DNA of 64,000 bases from Vicugna vicugna (Eukaryota), in contig MU061579.1 in assembly GCA_013265495.1 (NCBI GenBank), positions 3,159,319-3,223,318 on the forward strand, read 5' to 3'. The position numbers and the translations under genes were made by a program. Shown in pieces: positions 52,560 to 63,059 of the stretch (within the stretch, counting starts at the first letter, position 1; each line of letters begins with the position of its first letter). Below the pieces are notes generated by a model, which did no database searches, was not told the DNA's origin, and worked only from the letters and a program-made list of their open reading frames with translations.

Positions 52560-53100
52560 CAGCTAGCTTCTCATTAGAGTCATCTGGGAAGCTTTTAAAA
52601 TCATCTTATTGCTTCTAATGATGTCTAAGGACATTCTGAAGCTTCTGATAGACATTCTATTGATGTCTGGGCTTTACCTTCAGAGATTCTGATTTGATTG
52701 GTCTTAGTGAAACAAGTATTCATGGATTTAAAATACTCCCAGGTCCAATGGTAGTTTCAGTTGTGCAAGGAAGAATAAGTTCTGGGGATCTAATGTGCAG
52801 CATGGTAACTACAGTTAACAGTGCTGTGCTGCTGACTTGAATCTGCTAAGAGGATAGGTCTTAAGTGTTCTCACAACGACGACAAGAAAAGGAAATAAAA
52901 TGGTAACTATGTGGTATGGTAGGTATGTTAATTAGCTTGATTGTGGTGATCATTTCACAATGTATGCATATATCAAACATCAAGAGGTGTACCTTAAATA
53001 TATGCAATTCCAGTTTGTCAGTTATATCCCAGTAAAGCTGAAAAAAGGGAGTAAAAACCTCCCAGGTGATTCTAATTCATAGTCAGTGTTGAGACTGGTT
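52560..53100. mobile_element. MER5A-like hAT-Charlie DNA transposon split by the L1 above
   Basis: CATTAGAGTCATCTGGGAAGCTTTTAAAA...CAGAGATTCTGATTTGATTGGTC...CTCCCAGGTGATTCTAAT...GTTGAGA motifs. Confidence 0.7.
52745..53052 (+). mobile_element. L1MA/L1MB-type 3' end inserted into a MER5-type element
   Basis: AATAAGTTCTGGGGATCTAATGTGCAGCATGG...TAATTAGCTTGATTGTGGTGATCATTTCACAATGTAT...TAAAGCTGAAAAAA; imperfect TSD AAAATACTCCCAGGT (52730-52744) / AAAAACCTCCCAGGT (53053-53067). Confidence 0.88.
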
Positions 53101-54182
53101 TAGAATTAAGACCAACTAAAGCAAAGCAAATTATTCTAATATTCATTCCTTTGCAAACTTTGTCATATGTCTATTCAATAAAATTATCATGCTTTGATTT
53201 TTTTGACTGGAAATTTCCATAAAATGTATACTGGTTGCTTCTTTTAATTTTAATATTGTTACTATTATGTTGATTATACAATTATTTCAGTTTACAAAAA
53301 GTTCCTAATATATTTAGGCTATATATGGAGCAAAATATTTTATCCAATTTTTATACTTACTTATTAAGCTTCTAAACTTTATATTGCTATATTGAGATTT
53401 TCTTTATCAGAAATAAAAATAACAAGAAGTGAAATTTGCAAATATAATGAATAAACATAGTCAACCACATTTGTACTAATCTTACTATTAAGCACAATTA
53501 GAATGAGAAATGCCAATTTTCCCCTTGAACTGAGTAGTTTCTTTATATAGCCTCTGTTTACTAGATAACCACAAACTTCCTATTTGACTCTGTACTATGA
53601 AATGCTACCAAAAGAGTGTAGTTTTATACGTCTTTGAAGAGAAGAGGCAAAATGGACTTTCAGAACTTGTGTATTTTTTTTTGCCAATTACATTTTCAGT
53701 TCATTTACATTTTCATTCCTAATAGTCGTGGTATTCTAAATATGAAGACTGAATGCCTGTTACTTGCATATATTTAGCTCAATATCTTATCATGGTGCAT
53801 TTTACATTGAAATATCTTGATAATTAAAGTTTCAATGGGTGATTTCTTAAATTTATTACTACATTATCATTTTATGTACACTGTAATTTACAACCTGAAT
53901 TAGTAGCTTGTACTATTGTCATTAAGAAAAATAGAAAAAAAATAGCAGCAATTATAAACAGTATGAGTTGATGTAAGCATTTTTGTTAGCCCTGAAGCAG
54001 TTCTGATAGTTTTATTGTCTTAATCAACTTAGTCATCTCTGTTTATTGCTCTTTGGAGGTGGCAGTTTTGAACACACGCTGGGGTGTTAGCTCACCACTG
54101 CCAAATTAAAAATGATAATTCTCATGCGTGAAATAACTGAATGGACTAATGACCAAATATCTTTATAATGTGAGCCAGTGTT

Positions 54183-54196
54183 GCAGCAGGTGGCCA
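54183..54196 (+). promoter_or_regulatory. CTCF-like motif
   Basis: GCAGCAGGTGGCCA resembles the core CCASYAGRKGGCR with mismatches; lies in a repeat-poor block. Confidence 0.3.
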
Positions 54197-54865
54197 AACA
54201 ATTATACAACAGAACAGAATATATCCCTAAAGTAAAGAAAAAAAAAAAAAGACACTCATAATACAATCAAAACAAAGATATTAAGAAGAGAGAAAAAAAT
54301 AAATACATATATATTTTTTGTATCTGTATCAATAATTACACACACTGAAGATTTAATATTTTGTTGTAAATAGTATAAGATCCCTACCTTAAATGTTTAA
54401 TTCCACAGGGGTTCATGGAATATATATTCATTGAGTGTATATGAGAAAAAGTGAAAATATGATGAAAGAACCAACATTATCAGAGCTCTTGACCTTGTGG
54501 AATTGACAGTCATTTTTCAGGAGATTTACCTCTGGTTAGTGTACCATTGAATAGGAAAGTTCTGAAAATTAAGACTGATTATGACAAGTAAATTTTTGGA
54601 AAGAGTGACTTGGGAAGTAGACAAAGCATAGATCAATGAAATGTCTTATATTCAAAGTATGACTTTGAAATTTATCTTGGATGCAAAGAATAGTCACATA
54701 ATAGGTTTACAATATATAGGGAGATTATTCTTGCAGCAAGGTGGAGAAGTCAAGTGATTGATTAGGAGTTTTCTGTAATAATCCAGATGACGTTTTACTA
54801 TAGGCAGTACTGAATTAATGACTGTAAATGAAGAACAGAGAGCAGATTCAAATAATCTCTAGAAA

Positions 54866-54981
54866 GGGGGGAGGGTATAGCTCAGTGGTAGAGTGCATGC
54901 TTAGCATGCACAGGGTCCTGGGTTTGAACCCCAGTACCTCCACTAAAAAGTAAATAAATTTAATGACCTCCTCCCACTCCC
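54866..54981 (+). mobile_element. Camelid vic-1-type SINE (tRNA-Ala(AGC)-derived)
   Basis: GGGTATAGCTCAGTGGTAGAGTGCATGCTTAGCATGCACAGGGTCCTGGGTTTGAACCCCAGTACCTCCA head plus AT-rich and C-rich tail; perfect 17-bp TSD CAAATAATCTCTAGAAA at 54849-54865 and 54982-54998. Confidence 0.93.
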
Positions 54982-55189
54982 CAAATAATCTCTAGAAATT
55001 AGACATAAATGCTTTTGTGACAAATCAGAGAAGGCATAAGTGTACACGAAAACTCTGATGGAATCTCCCAGATACCAGGTTGGGCATGTAGACAAAAGAT
55101 GCTCTCACTAAGTGATCAGGAACTACAGAAGGAGAAGCTGTTATTGAGGATAAGACATGAGTGTAACTTAGAATCTTCCTTCTCAGAGA

Positions 55190-55325
55190 GAGCTCTAAGG
55201 ACCGACAGCTTGGCATCACTTGGGAGTTTGTTAGGAGTCCCAGTTTCGATTTTCTCATGATCTGTTGAATCAAAATCTATATTTAAAACAATTCCTAGGT
55301 AATCCAAAATCATGTATATAATATA
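55190..55325. mobile_element. MER5A1-like fragment
   Basis: GGCATCACTTGGGAGTTTGTTAG...CTGTTGAATCAAAATCTATATTTAAAACAATTCCTAGGTAATCC. Confidence 0.6.
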
Positions 55326-55854
55326 GAACATGTTAAATTTGAGCTGCTTAGAGTAGATTAGTTAAAAGGTAGGTGTAGAAATCAGAAATATAAATATGAA
55401 TACAGTAGACAGCATATAATGGAAATATAAATTTGAGAAATGTCAGAAGAGATAGTCATGGGAATTAATTAAAATTTCCTGAAGAAAGTGTACAGCAAGA
55501 GGAAATGGATTTCGAACATTCAAAGAGAAGTTAGAAGAAGGAGCAATGAAGGAAGCTAAGAAGAAAGTCTCTAAAAGGAAATTGGGATAATTGAGATTAG
55601 AATAGTGTCATATAATTTGTTGCAAGGGGAAGGGAAGATAATCCTAATAAGATTACTCCTTTCACTAAGTGACAGCCTAAAAAAGGGCCAGTGCATTTGG
55701 CAATCGGAGAGTTACTGGTTCACAATGCAAACACTTTCTGTGAAATAACAGATCAAAATACAGATCCCCAAAGACTGAGTGATTGGCAGGTGAGGAGGAA
55801 AATAAAGAGACTTCTTTCTGTCTTAAAGGAGAGAGATAAGCTAGTGGTTAAGGC

Positions 55855-57462
55855 ATAGTAGGCGATCTGTGAAATGGCCCCCAGAGAGCCCCACTCTTGT
55901 GTAATGCCCTCCTCCTGTGAGCTGGCTTTATGGACTGGGTTTTAATGAACAGAATTTGGTTGAAGGGATAGGATGCCAGTTATGAGATCATATTACAAAA
56001 AAAGACTGTGGCTTCCTTTTTAGAGACTCTCTCTTCATGGCCACCCACCTGCCGGTTGTAAACTGTTGGTCTAGTGATTGAGCTTGGAGGCAGAATCTAG
56101 CCCAGGAGTTCTTGAGAAACTTGCATCCCCAGCCAATAGCTTAACGGTAGACTCCTGAGAGATCAGAGACATAACCACCCAGCTCAAATGCACCCAGATT
56201 CCTGACCAACAGAAACTATGAAGTAACAAATATTTTTTTAAAAGAGTAAGATCAGAGTGATTTTTACGCAGCCATAAAAAATTAATACAGATTTTGTTTC
56301 TTAGAGATGGGATACTCTCCTAACCTCTGTGGAGAACTGGCATTGGAACCAGGCAGCGGATGTTGAGGGAGTGACTGTGAAGGCTTAAAGGGCAACAAAC
56401 ACATTGTTCATAGAATTCAGGATGTTGGGGAGCCTGTGGATGAGCAAGGAACATATTCCTGAAAACTGAAGAAAAGGAAATCATTGTTATGTAGCAGAAA
56501 TTAAATGTTATTGGCAGTTATGCAGAAGTCAGAACATGTGTCTGATGAGCTAGACCACCTACCAAAGGAGGTTTCAAAGCCCAGTGTTGAAGGTGCTGCT
56601 TGGTTTATTCTTGTTATGGAGGGTAAAATGTAGAGGGGAAAAAATAAGCTGATGGAAGACTACTAAAAAAAGAAGCCAGAACTTGATGGCTTGGGGAGAA
56701 AAAGTGCTAAAATTAGGTGCTAAAATTAAAAAAGAAAAAGAAAAAAAAAGGCTCCAGCAAAGATCAAATCCAAGGCACTACCAGGAAAATATGGTATAAA
56801 GCTGAAGCTAGAGGTGTGCCTGTAAAACCTTTTATTAGGATCTCAGAAAGATCAAAGGTGGTGCCTCAGAGCGCTGTGCAGTCACATAAAAGGCCCTTTA
56901 AAGAGATTAAGAGTGTGCTCCAAAGATCCTCTCAATCAAACAATAGGGTCTGTATGAAGTCTAAGAGGGTTGCCCTCCAGCCTTCTCGACAGGAGCCAAA
57001 AGTAGAGACAGACTTCTATCTAAGAGATCGTCTGAAAAAGTGAACCCCAAGAAGACTTATAAAAGACCCACAAAGTCCTTTAAACATGTATCTATATACA
57101 GAAACATCACCACCCAACTGAACTGAAAAAGAGGCATTTGGGCCCCCCAAACCTCTGCAGTGAGAAAGTAGGCTGGGAAAACCACTCAGCTTCAAATGCA
57201 TCTTTTTATAAGAGAGGAAAAAATGTCTCTGAGAGCAGAACCGAGAACCCAGGAGGCAGAGTGAACTTGGAAACCAATCCTCACTCAGTCCAGCCTTGAG
57301 GTGACTGGGGCTCTCCTGCAGCTGGATTTCAATCTTCTGGGACACTCTGAGCAAGAGGCACCTCATCAAGTCACACTGGATTTCTGACCCATGAAAACTG
57401 AGATAGTAAAAGTGTGTTGTTTTAAATTGTTAAGCTTTGGAGTAATAAATAAATTACTGATA
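55855..57462 (+). mobile_element. MaLR element: MLT1E/F-like 5' LTR (to 56289), MLT1 internal region, 3' LTR remnant (about 57350-57462)
   Basis: LTR end CCCAGATTCCTGACCAACAGAAACT...TAATACA directly followed by an MLT-int-like start GATTTTG...; second LTR end GGATTTCTGACCCATGAAAACTGAGATAG...TGTTGTTTTAA. Confidence 0.75.
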
Positions 57463-57464
57463 GA

Positions 57465-58165
57465 GAAGGAGAGATGGACATTTAGAAACAAATTTGTGTA
57501 GAGATGAGTTAATAGGAGAAGCAAGAGTATTGTTGGTCAGATTGATCTTGGTTAAGAGATGTGATATTACTTTCCAGAGATGAAAAGGAAAGTGGATTAT
57601 GATTAATTTTGAGGTAGTTTGAGAATATACTTTGTTGATCATATTTTCTTGACAAAAAAAAGGAGATAAAGATAGAACAATGGGTTTGACACTGAGTAAA
57701 TTAAACTCGAACGGAATTTGGGAATGATCAAACCAGAGACAAGAGAAAGAATTATCAGAAAATGCTGATGGCAAGACAGAAATTAACACTAGTATATTTG
57801 TATTGCAGGATGGGTAGGGTAGAGGCCTCAGGATGAACAATTTAGGTGCAGTTTCAGAGAGAAAAGATGGTTTACTTGACCCATAGTTTGAGTTGAAGAC
57901 TCAAGAAGAGGGGCCAAGCTATTCTGGATATTGCCAACAGATATTGAAGTCATGAATTGTGGGATCTATTGTAGATAAGAAAATGTATAAAACCAAAAGG
58001 TCTTAGCAGACTAGGAGAAAATGGTGGGACCTAATATCTGATCTATTTGGATTCAGAGCATAAGAAAAAGAGAATATGACTGGAAAATGCAATTTGGAAG
58101 TTTGTGTTTAGAGTTTCAGGTGCATGGTTTAGCCATTCCAGTGCATGATTATGAAGAAAGGAAGC
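57465..58165 (-). mobile_element. L2-like fragment
   Basis: Purine-rich antisense L2-like text continuing the 54.4-55.8 kb element beyond the MaLR insertion. Confidence 0.45.
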
Positions 58166-58172
58166 GCACTTC

Positions 58173-58827
58173 TGTTAGCGCAGGGGGCAGACAGCTAGAT
58201 GTGAGGAGAGAAAGGGGAACGCAGGCCAAATGGCAGGAACGGGGCAGAAAGCAGGGGAGCGGGCCAAATACAGAAAACCATACATCATGTAAGCACCGGG
58301 GGTCCCTGGGCAGAGGAAAAAAGCAGCAACCTTGGGGCTGATAAGCAGTCACACATTTTGGGATGACAAGCAGCCTGAAGGTCAACAAGGAAGGTAGGAA
58401 AAAACAGGGATCTCCAGTGTCAGAATGTAACCTTTTGCTTATTATGCCCTCATCTTAATAAAATTAGCCTTGCAGATTAGAAATACCCATCATGCACTGA
58501 CTCCATGACACTTCTGATCCAGACTAAATAAGGACAAAAATCCCTCCCTATCAGAAGGTGGAGTTGCGATAAAAATCAGGGAATAAGACCTCAAACCCTT
58601 CCTTCCCCAATGGATATTCCGCCCATTCATTTTTACAATCTATATAATGCACCTGCCAAAGAAACTCAGCATAGCCGCTCACTTGCATCTACCCGCCCTC
58701 CCCTTGAGAGTGTACTAGCTATCCCTTAATAAATCCTCACTTTACTTTCTTAACCTCTGCAACTTGTTTCTGCATTTTTTCTGGGATGGGACTAGAATCT
58801 GGACACCAGTTACAAGTACCAGCAACA
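58173..58827 (+). mobile_element. ERV1-class solo LTR, copy B (same family as 48164-48812)
   Basis: TGTTAGCGC...CAGCAACA; perfect TSD CTTC at 58169-58172 and 58828-58831; TATATAA near 58642; AATAAA near 58728. Confidence 0.92.
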
Positions 58828-59199
58828 CTTCAATGATGTGGTATTATATGAGGCATAGATTTTTTAGGGGGTTAAGGCAGGGATAATCAGAGATTAGAGA
58901 GATATGCCAAAACACTATGGAAGGAAGACCAATCCCAGAGTTTTTAAAAAAAGTATGTAGATTAATAGATTGAGGACATTTTATTTTCCTTGTGAATTTA
59001 CAGAGAAGGAGTATACTTCTAGGACAATAGTTCTATGTATGTATAAAAAATAATGAGGCTGCATAAATGCTAAAATATTCACATTTTGTAATACTCTCTG
59101 GGCCTAAAGAAATAATAATAAAAAATTTTGTGTCATACATGATAGCCATTTGTTATAAAAAAACAAAAAAAGTATCTCTATGCTGTATCTTTTCTAATT

Positions 59200-59880
59200 T
59201 TAATATATTTATTTTGAAATATAGTTTAACATATTTTATCATTGAAAAAGCAATAGAGATACAAAATTGGAAAATTTTTAAAATTGCAAAATGAAGAATT
59301 TAAATACAACAATTAACCTATTATCTCCACATTCCCTGAGAAAAAGTATCTTGATATCATGAAATATTTTCTTTTAACCTTTTATCCATTTGCAAACTTA
59401 AACCCAGAAATGCACATATATACACAAATTGTTATTATAAATGCAGTTTGATATCTTGCTTTAAATTATCAATTACAGTACTGACACAAAATATTAAATT
59501 AACTCTTTAAATTGTATCACTGATATTTTCCTACAGCTTAGATATTTTTAATAATTTCTAAATGTTTCATCATACAGGTTTATCCTACTTCACTTAACAA
59601 TTTTCCTGTTTTACCAGAAATATAAACGTTACTATGTTCTTTAATTGAGGATAATGTAATGAACATCTTAATCCACACACCTTTGGGTGAGGTTCTATTC
59701 TTTTAGGCTAAATAGTGGAAATGTGTTAGATTTTAGATACATTTTTTGAAGACTGAAGATAAGATATATCCTGCCAGATTGGTGTTATAAAAGTTTTTTT
59801 TTCCTTAAAATATTTGTACAGTCTTCAGCTTTGTAATAGTGAAGATTTTTCCCCCAGTTGACATGGTCGTCACTGAGTAT
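59200..59880 (-). mobile_element. L1ME-like 3' fragment
   Basis: Decayed antisense L1 3' text (ATAATGTAATGAACATCTT...TAAATAGTGGAAAT...TGCCAGATTG). Confidence 0.5.
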
Positions 59881-60049
59881 TAGAGCATATATAAAAGTCC
59901 TATTATCTGATACCATAATGATCAGCCGGCTTTAATTAAATAGAACAAAAAACAGTTAAAGTGGGAATATAGGTAAATGAATTGAGTTTAATTGAAAATA
60001 TATTGTTACATCAAATTTTGAAACACAGTATACCAGCTATCTTCACGTC

Positions 60050-60531
60050 TAACGCTGGGGCTTGACTTCTTCAAGACAGGCTTTTGGAAAGGGAAGGCAG
60101 TGTGAACAATAGGAACCCCACAAGCCTATGCAGGAGCCCGCCTGAGGATCGGAGGCCATGCCAGTTTTCACTAACTTTAACCTTGATGATGTGGGTGTTC
60201 TACAGAAGCTGACATCCTTCATCTTGGAGCTAACCCCACACTTGACCCAGGAGTCAGGAGTCTGAAGGAGGATCAAAGAGCATTTGGAGAAGCTCTGGAT
60301 CAGCAGCAACCCCGTGCCAACAAGGTAAGTCATCAAATGACTGGCAATGTGAGTCAGCTACAAAAGTTCCTGATGACCCTGACCTGACCTCCTGAGCGTA
60401 AAAAAGCTGCTGCTCTATTTCAGTCCTCTATACCTAGTGCAAAAATGTCTCTTATGGCCTAACCAGAAACATGAGGAAAAGGACCCCTAGAATACATGCT
60501 GGCAATGCTGACACTTTACAAAGCCACCACA
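60050..60531 (-). mobile_element. Old LTR (LTR78-like) fragment
   Basis: CCTAACCAGAAACATGAGGAAAAGG...AAAGCCACCACA end. Confidence 0.45.
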
Positions 60532-61301
60532 TGCAATCAAGGTCTTTGAGATTATTCGTGTGTTCTCATCATCATTACTTTCTGGAATAAAGCATATGTT
60601 CTTTGACTTCCAAACCTGATGTAATGGGAGTGAGTACTTAAGAATCCCTTAAAAATAATTTGAATGCAGAATCTTCTTAGATTTTTATACATGTGTACAC
60701 ATATATACACATATACACCCAAATTTTATTTACTTTTTGCTTCCTCACAAAATGACAGCAATATTTTTTTTAATTTGACATCGTTAGGTTATATAAAATT
60801 ACTTAATTTTGTTTTTACAGAAACAACAATAGTGTTTCTTTTTCATTCACATTTTATAAGCATGTCTGATTGTTAAGTACATGAGGCAATTATAAAAAAT
60901 AAATGTGCCACCAGTCTAAACAGATTTGGGAACAATACAATAGAATGCTGTTAAGCACACAACTCTTTGTGTGGGAGGAGAAGGTCATGACCATAACTGA
61001 GAGTAACCTACTAATCACTGATTTTCAGCCTGTCTTGGGCAACCATGGTCAATATATTTTAATGGATGAAAAGGAGACATCAGCTAGTGTGCTGTGCCTG
61101 TTAAACAGAGATCCGTCAGGAAAACAGTGACTTCAAATTTGTACCAAATTCCATACCACACATATAGACCTTTTTCTAAAAAACATACATGCACATAATT
61201 AGACACATGTATATAAATATACACATATATGTGTATAGATACTTAGAGATGACAATAGAAAATGAGGGAGAAAGGCTCTGAATTATACCTATAACAATAT
61301 G

Positions 61302-61517
61302 CAGTAGTATGCTGGAGCCGGCTCTCATTGGCTTACAGAAGCCAATTGTCTTCATCTTTTTAATATCCACATCAGTCACGTCATGTTGGTGGCTTGAAAC
61401 AAGGCATAGTGGGAATAGCTACACTTTGAAATTGACCAATGTTATAAATAGGAGTTTGGCCAGGTGCTCATTGCAGGGGAAAAGCCAGTTGTCAGACTCT
61501 TACCAGCACACCACTTG
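61302..61517. mobile_element. MER63A-like hAT-Blackjack element
   Basis: Terminal inverted repeats CAGTAGTATGCTGG / CCAGCACACCACT; internal CAGTCACGTCATGTTGGTGGCTTGAAA. Confidence 0.8.
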
Positions 61518-61599
61518 TTATACATATATGCACACACATGCATGCACACATCCAACTGTTTTAGGACTATTGCAATATATATGAAACAGTTCATTATTT

Positions 61600-61900
61600 T
61601 AAAACACCCCAGTAAACTAGTTTTGTTTCTGATACAGATATTTTTGTGTTTTATTTCTCTGAAGTTTACATATAGCCTATAATTAATTGCATTTTGTAAT
61701 TGGCTCAGATTTCTTTTCCCCTTGGTGTTATAATAAATAGAGCTACACCTTATGATCAGCTGTGTCATAGGTTTAATGACTTTTATGCACTGTGACACAT
61801 TAACCATTCTATTTTCGCTGAATTTTTTGTTTGTTTCCAGTTTTTCACAAGTACAAAAGATGCTATAATGATATATTATTAGTACACATTTATTTTATTG
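61600..61900 (-). mobile_element. L1ME-like fragment abutting the UBXN6 pseudogene
   Basis: TTAACCATTCTATT...TGTTTCCAGTTTTTCACAAGTACAAAAGATGCTATAATG...GTACACAT. Confidence 0.5.
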
Positions 61901-61904
61901 TCTC

Positions 61905-63007
61905 CAGCCTGGGACCCACTGATGATGCACTGACCACGGCAGCAGCTGCCCTGGTAGACTGGAGCAGAAGCAACTCAGGGCCCCGGGGCCCCACAACTCA
62001 GGTCTCCATGCAGAGCCAGGTAAGAAAAGAACTCACTGCAGAAGCAACTCTGAGTGGGAGCCTGGAGCTCCCGACACCACAGATGCTTGAGCCCGAAGGA
62101 GAAGGCTCCAACCATAGCTGTGCCTGGAGTGAACTTCACCTTCCTGCTTGCAGGAGCCGCTCTGAGGAAGGACCAGAGGGATGCCCACATCAAATGGATC
62201 ATTCTCTCTCTGGCACTTTTCCAACCACCCAGTAATTGCCTCTGTCACGGAGATTCACACATTCAACAGGGTGAATGTAATGGGGAGCAATTGGGTGTGG
62301 ACACCGTTGTCAAGCATCTGGGCAGTATCCTTCTGCATCCTGAGTAGAAGTACCAGAAGAACAAGGTTTTCCAGCAGCACATTAACTGTCTGGAAGGGAC
62401 CCACAGGTTTCTGAGGCCACTGGCTTCCAGGAGGCGATGCTTCCAGCTTCCAGTCAGGAGCACCCCCAAAGAATTCTACGTGCTGAGAGAGGTCGCCCTG
62501 GTCCGGCCTCAGAGCCTGGAGAGGCACCAGGAGCAGCTGCTGAGCGCCAAGCCAGTGCAGGCCACCTGACCCACAGCGTGGGGTCTTCCCGCCCTTGCCC
62601 CTGGCCTGACTTCTTCAAACTTACTGCAGAGATCAAGCTAGCTCAGAAGCTCAGGTCTGAGGTCGTGGATGGTGAGTGAGGCCAAGCATGGTGAGTGCAG
62701 AAGGAGGCACTAGAGAGAGATGCGAAATACACCTACTCACTGATGCATGTTGGCTTCTCCAACTGCTCCTCCTCCAGGGGACTTTCTAAGCCATGGCAGA
62801 GTGGAAGGCAGGTAGGTACTGCGCTGGTTCATCCCGGAGGCCTTGCACAGCGGCTGGCCTCGGGAGGGCACAAGTTATCGGAAGAGGAGAACCTGGCCTT
62901 CCAAGAGTGGGACTAGTACCCTCAGCCCTCCTGACTTGCTCTGGGGACGCATCGTGTTAGAGGACATCAAAGCTGCAGGAGTTGAGCAGAACTCCTCTGC
63001 CCTGAAA
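61905..63007 (+). pseudogene. UBXN6: Processed (intronless) pseudogene of UBXN6/UBXD1 (p97/VCP cofactor, PUB + UBX domains), truncated at both ends
   Basis: Across shifting + frames the peptides GPTDDALTTAAAAL, QVRKELTAEATLSGS, AVPGVNFTFLLAGAALRKDQRDAHIK, LGVDTVVKHLGSILLHPE*, NKVFQQHINCLEGTH, EFYVLREVALVRPQSLERHQEQLL, DFFKLTAE, KYTYSL, LASGGHKLSEEENLA and VLEDIKAAG follow UBXN6 colinearly (recalled human GPTNEAQMAAAAAL...KLGVDTIAKYLDNIHLHPEE...LASGGQKLSEDENLA...VLEDIKAAG). No introns, in-frame TAG at 62345-62347, several frameshifts and deletions. Confidence 0.95.
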
Positions 63008-63059
63008 GTCAGCATATGACTGTGGCGGGGGCGGGGGTAGGGTGAGGGGAACAAAGAGA

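Larger units (their letters stand above)
54420..55850 (-). mobile_element. L2 (host of the vic-1 SINE and MER5A1)
   Basis: GCAAGGTGGAGAAG...TAGGAGTTTTCTGTAATAATCCAGATGA...CATGTTAAATTTGAGCTGC...ATAAATTTGAGAA...CATTTGGCAAT. Confidence 0.65.

Noticed and set aside
54870..54942. tRNA-Ala(AGC) gene
   Set aside because: Has a SINE tail and perfect TSD, a disrupted 5' acceptor stem and B-box mismatch, and a second diverged copy at 50.1 kb; it is a tRNA-derived SINE.
56717..57369. ORFs of 108 aa and 117 aa
   Set aside because: Lie in the MaLR internal sequence; no recognisable domain.
48164..58827. Full-length provirus (5' LTR, 9.4 kb internal region, 3' LTR)
   Set aside because: No primer-binding site after the first LTR, no gag/pol/env, interior is host DNA with L2, MaLR, MER5 and SINEs, and each LTR has its own complete TSD.
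61831..62916. Functional UBXN6 retrogene
   Set aside because: Homology is split over several frames with a stop at 62345-62347, deletions in the PUB and UBX regions, and no native start codon.
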